DNA of 64,000 nucleotides from Sporopachydermia quercuum (lineage: Eukaryota). The notes below the pieces were generated by a model, which searched no databases, was not told the DNA's origin, and was given only the letters and a program-made list of their open reading frames with translations. Below are positions 58,262-64,000 of the stretch, in pieces (the first letter of the stretch is position 1; every line of letters starts with the position of its first letter). The translations under genes were made by a program, and so were the position numbers. Location of the stretch: positions 1,550,001 through 1,614,000 of the forward strand of contig BCGN01000001.1 in NCBI GenBank assembly GCA_001599295.1. The letters run 5' to 3'.

Positions 58262-60970
58262 ATGGCTCCCTGCTCAAAAGAGTTCCATAGAGAATGGAGC
58301 CTGTTTCGAACAGTTAAGCATAACAGACCTAACAAAAGGTTTTTCAATGACAATGGAGAACAAGGAACGTTACAGGAGGGAAATGAAAATACCATTGAAG
58401 GTGAAATGAATGAAAAATGTGCTTTAGAAGCAAACTTCAATGAGTATTCTGTTCTCAACGGAGATAGCAAATCCCAATTGAATGAAAAAGATTTTTTGTT
58501 CGATGAGAAACGTGCGACGATATCACAAAATAAGTCGTCATCAGTTTTTAAGGCATTCATAAAATCAGCATCTGTGGTACTTGTCTGTTTATTAGTAACA
58601 GGCTTTACTCATAAATGGTTTACTCATCATTCAAACGACGATATTAGTGATCCTACTGAGTTCAATTCTCATCTGCTCCATAACTTTTATCCTAATGGAT
58701 TTAGCTCTTACTCCAATGTATCTCACAATGCTACCAATGTTTTTCAGGTTGCATATCCGTTACCAGAGCTGCCAAATTTAGTTCAAAAACAAGTTCTGGT
58801 TGATACAGTTTTTGGTGACTCATGGGGTAAACCATTTGTTGCATCCTATTCTCCACCCCAGAAGAATTTCACTCATGTATATGCTGAACTTAGTATCAAA
58901 GTATCGGGTGTTCAATATGACAGATTGGCTCATTTCTATATAGATGATTTCTATTTGTGGAGAACATCCACTCCAGAACCTATTGGAAAACATGTGGCTT
59001 CTTCCCACACTAAAGATTTATCTGAATATCTCAATGTGTTCAAGAATGGTAAGAAAGTTACATTCCAACTTGATAACTTACTGACTGAAAGACTCACCGG
59101 AAGGTTCCATGTTGTTCTGACTCTTTCTTATTACAATGTTCCAAGTAAGAAAGCTGAGGAGTCAACCTTCCCTTACCTTGAAGAATCATCAAAGCATGGA
59201 AATGGTTCACATGTTAATAAAACAAAACCAGTAGATATTGAACATGTCATTTCAACTGGGAATTCAGCTCCGGAATTTGTTTATTCTATTGCACCTAAAG
59301 GCGGAAAAATGTTCAATTTGCCAGATGAAATTGCAGCTGTAACAGTTCCAAAACTTCCTGCAAACGTCACTAGAGCAAAACTAGCTATATTTTCCTCTGG
59401 TAATGCCGACGAAGAATTCTGGTACTCAAACGTCCTTGATCAATATACTCACTTGTTTTCAAAGTATCATCATGTGTTCCAAGGACATGGTCCCTGCAGA
59501 ATTATCAACGTTTTCGTTAACGAGATATTAGTAGCTTCTGTTAATCCTTTACCTGTTATATTCACTGGTGGCTATAATCCTTCCTTATGGAGTCCTATTG
59601 TCAATATCGATGCTTTTGATATTGTAGCATATGAGGTTGATCTTACTGCATTATTACCATTGTTCTGGCAAGGAGAAACTCTAATTGAATTAACTATTGG
59701 TAATTGTCTAGAAGATGCACAGAGAAATAATTTTGATTCTAATAAAATGCCAGAAGAATTTGTTTTCAGTATTGATAGTCAACAGCAGGAAGCTATTAAC
59801 AGTGGTTCAAAACCTGTTGGAGAGAATTGGTGGACAAGTGCTAATTTGCTTGCGTATACTTCCAGCAAGGTTATCTCGTCCTCGGGCAGTATTGAAAATG
59901 TAGATCATTACTCTCATGCTTATAAATATGGGCATGAAATCAGATACAACCATGGCTTGAGTCAAATAGTTCAATCTGATTTCAGATCAACAGTTTGGGC
60001 GTCATTGAACTTCACATTGTCTGATAGCTCTGTCCATCATATCAAAGCTAAATCTAACTATGTGACATCGACACATAATTTTCAAAAGATTAGCGAGTTT
60101 GGTGGTAAACAGTTTGTGAGTCAGAATGCAAAGGAAACCAAATCTTTGGAATTGATTGAAAACGTGAAAGCTGTTGGAGGTTTGACTGTAGGAAAGGAGT
60201 TGGTAAATGAAGAAACAAAATTGTCGTACCCTATCGTGCTTTCTACTAAGGGTAGATTTGAAAAGGATAAGCTATCATTTGCTGTTGATATTAAAGATGG
60301 ATATAAACTGAAGAATGAAGATTCATATGATTTGAATGTCGTCATTGACACGCTACAGAAAGCCAAGTCATATGTGAAGATAGGAAGTGGTTATAAACAT
60401 GACAGCAGGCATGCTACAACCTTCCAGAAGTATGCCTACAAGAACAAGCATTTGAATGAATATAATGATGAATTTGACATTGGCNAGCTAGTTGATAAAT
60501 ACCTAAGAGTTGTTGAAGCAAAGAATGGCGTATTGGTCCACAATAAAGAACATTTGAAGATCAGTGCTGATGTAGAAAATGATGAACCTGCTAAAGAATG
60601 GAGAATTTTAGAAGAAGCAGAGAAAGCTTCTGATTGTGGTGCTGATAAATTTGATTTGTTTGTCACTGGCTTGAATCCAGAGAATGCAGTTCAGTTGGAA
60701 CTATTACAACGGTTTGAAACAGATAGGGAGCTTGTAACTGCATATATTGAGTCAATTATAAACTACGTCAAAGTTCTACATATCATTGACATTGAAGAAG
60801 AAGATATCGAGAACACTTTTACTGGTGAGTCTGAGGAAGATAAGGATCAACAAATGTTATCAGAAGCAAATGAACGATTGGAAGAAATTGAGCAGTTCTG
60901 GAGTCAATTCTCTGAAAAAGAGGTTATTGAAGTACAGGAACAAAGTAAGAAGCTAATTGGGAGATACTAA
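58262..60970 (+). CDS. PNG2: Peptide-N4-(N-acetyl-beta-glucosaminyl)asparagine amidase A (PNGase A family), N-terminally membrane-anchored
   Basis: FGDSWGKPF, GVQYDRLA, WRTSTPEP, SGNADEEFWYSNV, GHGPCR, PVIFTGGYNPSLWSPI; single TM near residue 105; ATG at 58262. Confidence 0.85.
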   Translation: MAPCSKEFHREWSLFRTVKHNRPNKRFFNDNGEQGTLQEGNENTIEGEMNEKCALEANFNEYSVLNGDSKSQLNEKDFLFDEKRATISQNKSSSVFKAFIKSASVVLVCLLVTGFTHKWFTHHSNDDISDPTEFNSHLLHNFYPNGFSSYSNVSHNATNVFQVAYPLPELPNLVQKQVLVDTVFGDSWGKPFVASYSPPQKNFTHVYAELSIKVSGVQYDRLAHFYIDDFYLWRTSTPEPIGKHVASSHTKDLSEYLNVFKNGKKVTFQLDNLLTERLTGRFHVVLTLSYYNVPSKKAEESTFPYLEESSKHGNGSHVNKTKPVDIEHVISTGNSAPEFVYSIAPKGGKMFNLPDEIAAVTVPKLPANVTRAKLAIFSSGNADEEFWYSNVLDQYTHLFSKYHHVFQGHGPCRIINVFVNEILVASVNPLPVIFTGGYNPSLWSPIVNIDAFDIVAYEVDLTALLPLFWQGETLIELTIGNCLEDAQRNNFDSNKMPEEFVFSIDSQQQEAINSGSKPVGENWWTSANLLAYTSSKVISSSGSIENVDHYSHAYKYGHEIRYNHGLSQIVQSDFRSTVWASLNFTLSDSSVHHIKAKSNYVTSTHNFQKISEFGGKQFVSQNAKETKSLELIENVKAVGGLTVGKELVNEETKLSYPIVLSTKGRFEKDKLSFAVDIKDGYKLKNEDSYDLNVVIDTLQKAKSYVKIGSGYKHDSRHATTFQKYAYKNKHLNEYNDEFDIGXLVDKYLRVVEAKNGVLVHNKEHLKISADVENDEPAKEWRILEEAEKASDCGADKFDLFVTGLNPENAVQLELLQRFETDRELVTAYIESIINYVKVLHIIDIEEEDIENTFTGESEEDKDQQMLSEANERLEEIEQFWSQFSEKEVIEVQEQSKKLIGRY

Positions 60971-62723
60971 GCCCTAGGCAAAGCTAGTTACTTTGGGAAG
61001 AGGTAACAAATTTTGATAATAGGTTTGTAGATTATCACATTTTGATTTTGGTTAAGAGTAGACAGATATATTCATTTTGATTTATATATAGATAGATGTT
61101 ATATGATAATCATGACGTCCTTCGTATTCATTTATGCCTTTAGTCGTCGTTTTATTTTGACATATGAATGTTGTTTGTTGACGTAATCAATAAATCTGTT
61201 ATGGTAAGGGTGGTTTCAAGGAAACAGTATAGCGTATATGACATGACAATCACAATGCTAAATGACTATCAAAAATAACCTAAACAACGTTTAGATCAAT
61301 TGAAGTTGAAATATGTAGCTAGCAGGTTTTTGNTATATCGCTATTATCAGCTTACTTTATGTTCATTCGTATGTTAAATTGCACAGAATCGCAAGAGACT
61401 AGGTAAATCTTTCATTGCGGGGGGACATTGCAAGATCATTAGTAAGAATTACTCGGAGCATTTCGGATTGAAGCCTGACAAATGTGACAAAAAGGTTAGT
61501 GATAAAGAGTGAGTTTTTCAAAGAAACACTGAACATGCATGCTATTTCTAAAGATTCTTTAATCAACGAAAACAGATGCAGCGTTTACTCAGATGGGTTA
61601 AATCTATCATTTTCACCCAACTTTTAATTTCATTCTGGAGGTTGTGTGATATGAGAGCTATCACAAGACACAAAATAGAACAAGAAAGAAAATGGGACAT
61701 GCCAAATCAAGAAACTACTCAACTCAACNATATCACCCTCAATAAACCTGGCAAATTTCCATCAGGTGTTACTCGTAAGTAGTACTAACGTCAATCATCT
61801 CCCTAATAAATAACAATTTCTTGGAGANCGGTTCTAGAAGATTAGCAAAACATTCAGCTAATAGCATCCAAAACTCATTTTCTTTGGGTAGCGTGAACAT
61901 TTTCTTGTATCTCCTGCTCCTTGGCTGAAGAGATAATGTCCTAACTATCTCATTGCTATTGTCATGATACTGTTTACCTTATCATTCCTTTGTGATTGCC
62001 CAATTCAAGGTTTTGACCTAGTTTACCTATCTTAACCATTTTATACCAAAAGAATCCTCGCGACATGCAGATCTAAAAACTAAGATAATTCTCAAAAAAG
62101 CCAATATTTAATCCTATTTCTGTCTCGTATGGAAAATCTCTCCATTGAAAACCCCACTGCTCAAGTACACCTTATCTAAGAAATGGNCTCCGTGTCACGC
62201 TTAATAATGACACAACCTCGAAAAGTTCCTTGTAATTCACGTGACAATCCCTACAATGCATCAGCCAAATTTGTACCATTCTGTGACTTTCTGTAGGCAA
62301 AAAAAGAAAAGAAACATCCTTTTTCTCCCTTTCTCCTATATCCTTAAGTATGACCTAAACACACTTGTTATTATTGAACTGTTGATAGAATGAATAAGAA
62401 GCATATAACAGTAGTTTTTTATTGATAACATTCTTCAAAAGTGGTGTTAGAGTTGTAATAATTTTTTTGTTGATTTCTAATATACATTTAAGCACTCAAG
62501 GTACACAGATAGTTGAGAGTTGAAAGTTGAAGGTGACCAGAACAAGCGTTTGATGGTAGAACAGATAGTAGTTGTTTTTCCCAGTAGATAAAAGAACAGT
62601 ATTGATTATAAGATATATAACAGCCTTTTTATATCATCAGAAGTTACCAGAACTGTTTCTCAAGATTCAAACAAGCAAACTACAAGAAAATAAAAAAGAA
62701 AGTAATACGTAATATTATTCAGA

Positions 62724-63640
62724 ATGTCCAGTGGAAGTGCAGCTATCCTCGCTCGTCAATACAGAGAGTTAACAGACCCCAAGAAGGCTATTCCTTCATT
62801 TCATATTGAAGTAAGTAGATATTGTAACGTACTGTTTTATGGAATGTAAATGATTCTTTGGATGAATTATGATACTAACTATTTTTCATAGCTTGAAGAT
62901 GATGATATATATAGATGGTAAGTTAATGGTTTTCGTTTTCGCGTCTAATTAGTTCTGATACCAACAGAATAAACTTGATTGCTATAGATACATTACTAAC
63001 TAAATAAAACAGGAATGTTGGTGTTATGGTATTGAATGAAGACTCTATTTACCATGGCGGCTATTTCAAAGCTCAAATGAAGTTTCCTATTGACTATCCA
63101 TTCCACCCTCCTACATTCAGATTCACTCCTGCTATTTATCACCCAAATGTTTACAGAGATGGTAGATTATGCATTTCCATTCTCCATCAAGGTGGAGATC
63201 CAACGTCAGGAGAGTCTGATGCTGAAACATGGAGTCCCGCACAAACTGTTGAATCTGTATTGATTTCTATCGTATCTCTATTGGAAGACCCCAATACCGA
63301 TTCACCAGCAAATGTTGATGCTTCAGTGGATTGGAGGAAAGACAGAGAGGCATTTAATAAAAGGGTTTTGATGGACGTAGAACGATCAAAACAAGATATA
63401 CCNGAAGGCTTTGTTATGCCAAGCGCTTCCACAGCATACGTGTCATCAAAACCAAATCCGACACTTGAAGAACCTGTTGATGATGATTTCTGGTATGAAT
63501 CCGAAGATGATGATGAGGAAGATGAGGACGATATTAGTATTGATAGTGAAAGTTTAATGGAGCAGGACGATGATGATGATGACGACGAAGACGAAGAAGT
63601 AAGCAGCGCAAATGAGGATGAAGAAATTAAAGGAAAATGA
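62724..63640 (+). CDS. CDC34: Ubiquitin-conjugating enzyme Cdc34/Ubc3; exons 62724-62810, 62892-62917, 63013-63640
   Basis: RQYRELTDPKKAIPSFHIE|LEDDDIYRW|NVGVMVLNEDS; HPNVYRDGRLCISILH with acidic loop; DDFWY and acidic tail; two GTAAGT...TACTAAC...YAG introns. Confidence 0.96.
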
Positions 63641-64000
63641 GTGTCTTTCCAACAATGCATACTAGGTACTTTCAGTCTTAATGGACTAATAGATTTCTGT
63701 TCTTACATTCTCGGAGTATCACAATATATTTGGATCAAATCCTGAAGAAGTATTGACATCAACAACATATCCAAATAACAAGGAAATATGAATAACAATG
63801 ACAATGACATTACAATTAAGATAGTTCATTGTTGAATCAGCAGCTGATCCTCGCAACATAATACCCTCTTTTTTTTCTTCTTGCTTATCCGCTATCACCA
63901 TTTATTTCTACTTTTTGTTTCTATGACTGGAATGTCAATTCTCCTCAGTGATCCTCATTTCTCTTTTTCTTTGTATTACATTTTATTTTGTTCCTCACAT

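Noticed and set aside
2981..63660. Many short ORFs overlapping real genes (e.g. 2981-3403, 34758-35195, 44562-44906, 63187-63660) and short intergenic ORFs
   Set aside because: Antisense or frame shadows of low-complexity coding DNA, or AT-rich chance ORFs without codon bias or motifs
1..64000. tRNA, rRNA, LTR/transposase, CRISPR, TPP riboswitch, hammerhead core
   Set aside because: No supporting motifs found by eye; short matches to 5S (near 18144, 47151) and GCTGAGA (47211, 50242) lack the surrounding consensus

Overview
AT-rich nuclear DNA from an intron-bearing budding yeast (Saccharomycotina) that uses the standard genetic code (CUG=Leu). It holds about 20 housekeeping protein genes: CCC1, RSA3, HIF1, CDC3, SSA-type HSP70, STB3, GAC1-like, GBP2/HRB1, STS1, CIA2, POL1, FLO8-like, ALG3, NUP170/157, LTV1, MCR1, NNR2, a COX26-like micro-ORF, PNG2-like PNGase A and CDC34. 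About 12 short spliceosomal introns break the supplied ORF track. The notable content is non-coding: a clear RNase P RNA gene (RPR1, minus strand), a candidate box C/D snoRNA, and four to five large (0.7-2.2 kb) ORF-free intergenic segments that appear to fold back into rod-like or branched RNAs on the plus strand. One of these carries a telomerase-template-like element predicting a 17-nt telomere repeat, and another resembles a giant H/ACA snoRNA aimed at 25S helix 69. All folds were found by eye and need computational controls. Homology calls rest on recalled motifs, not database searches.
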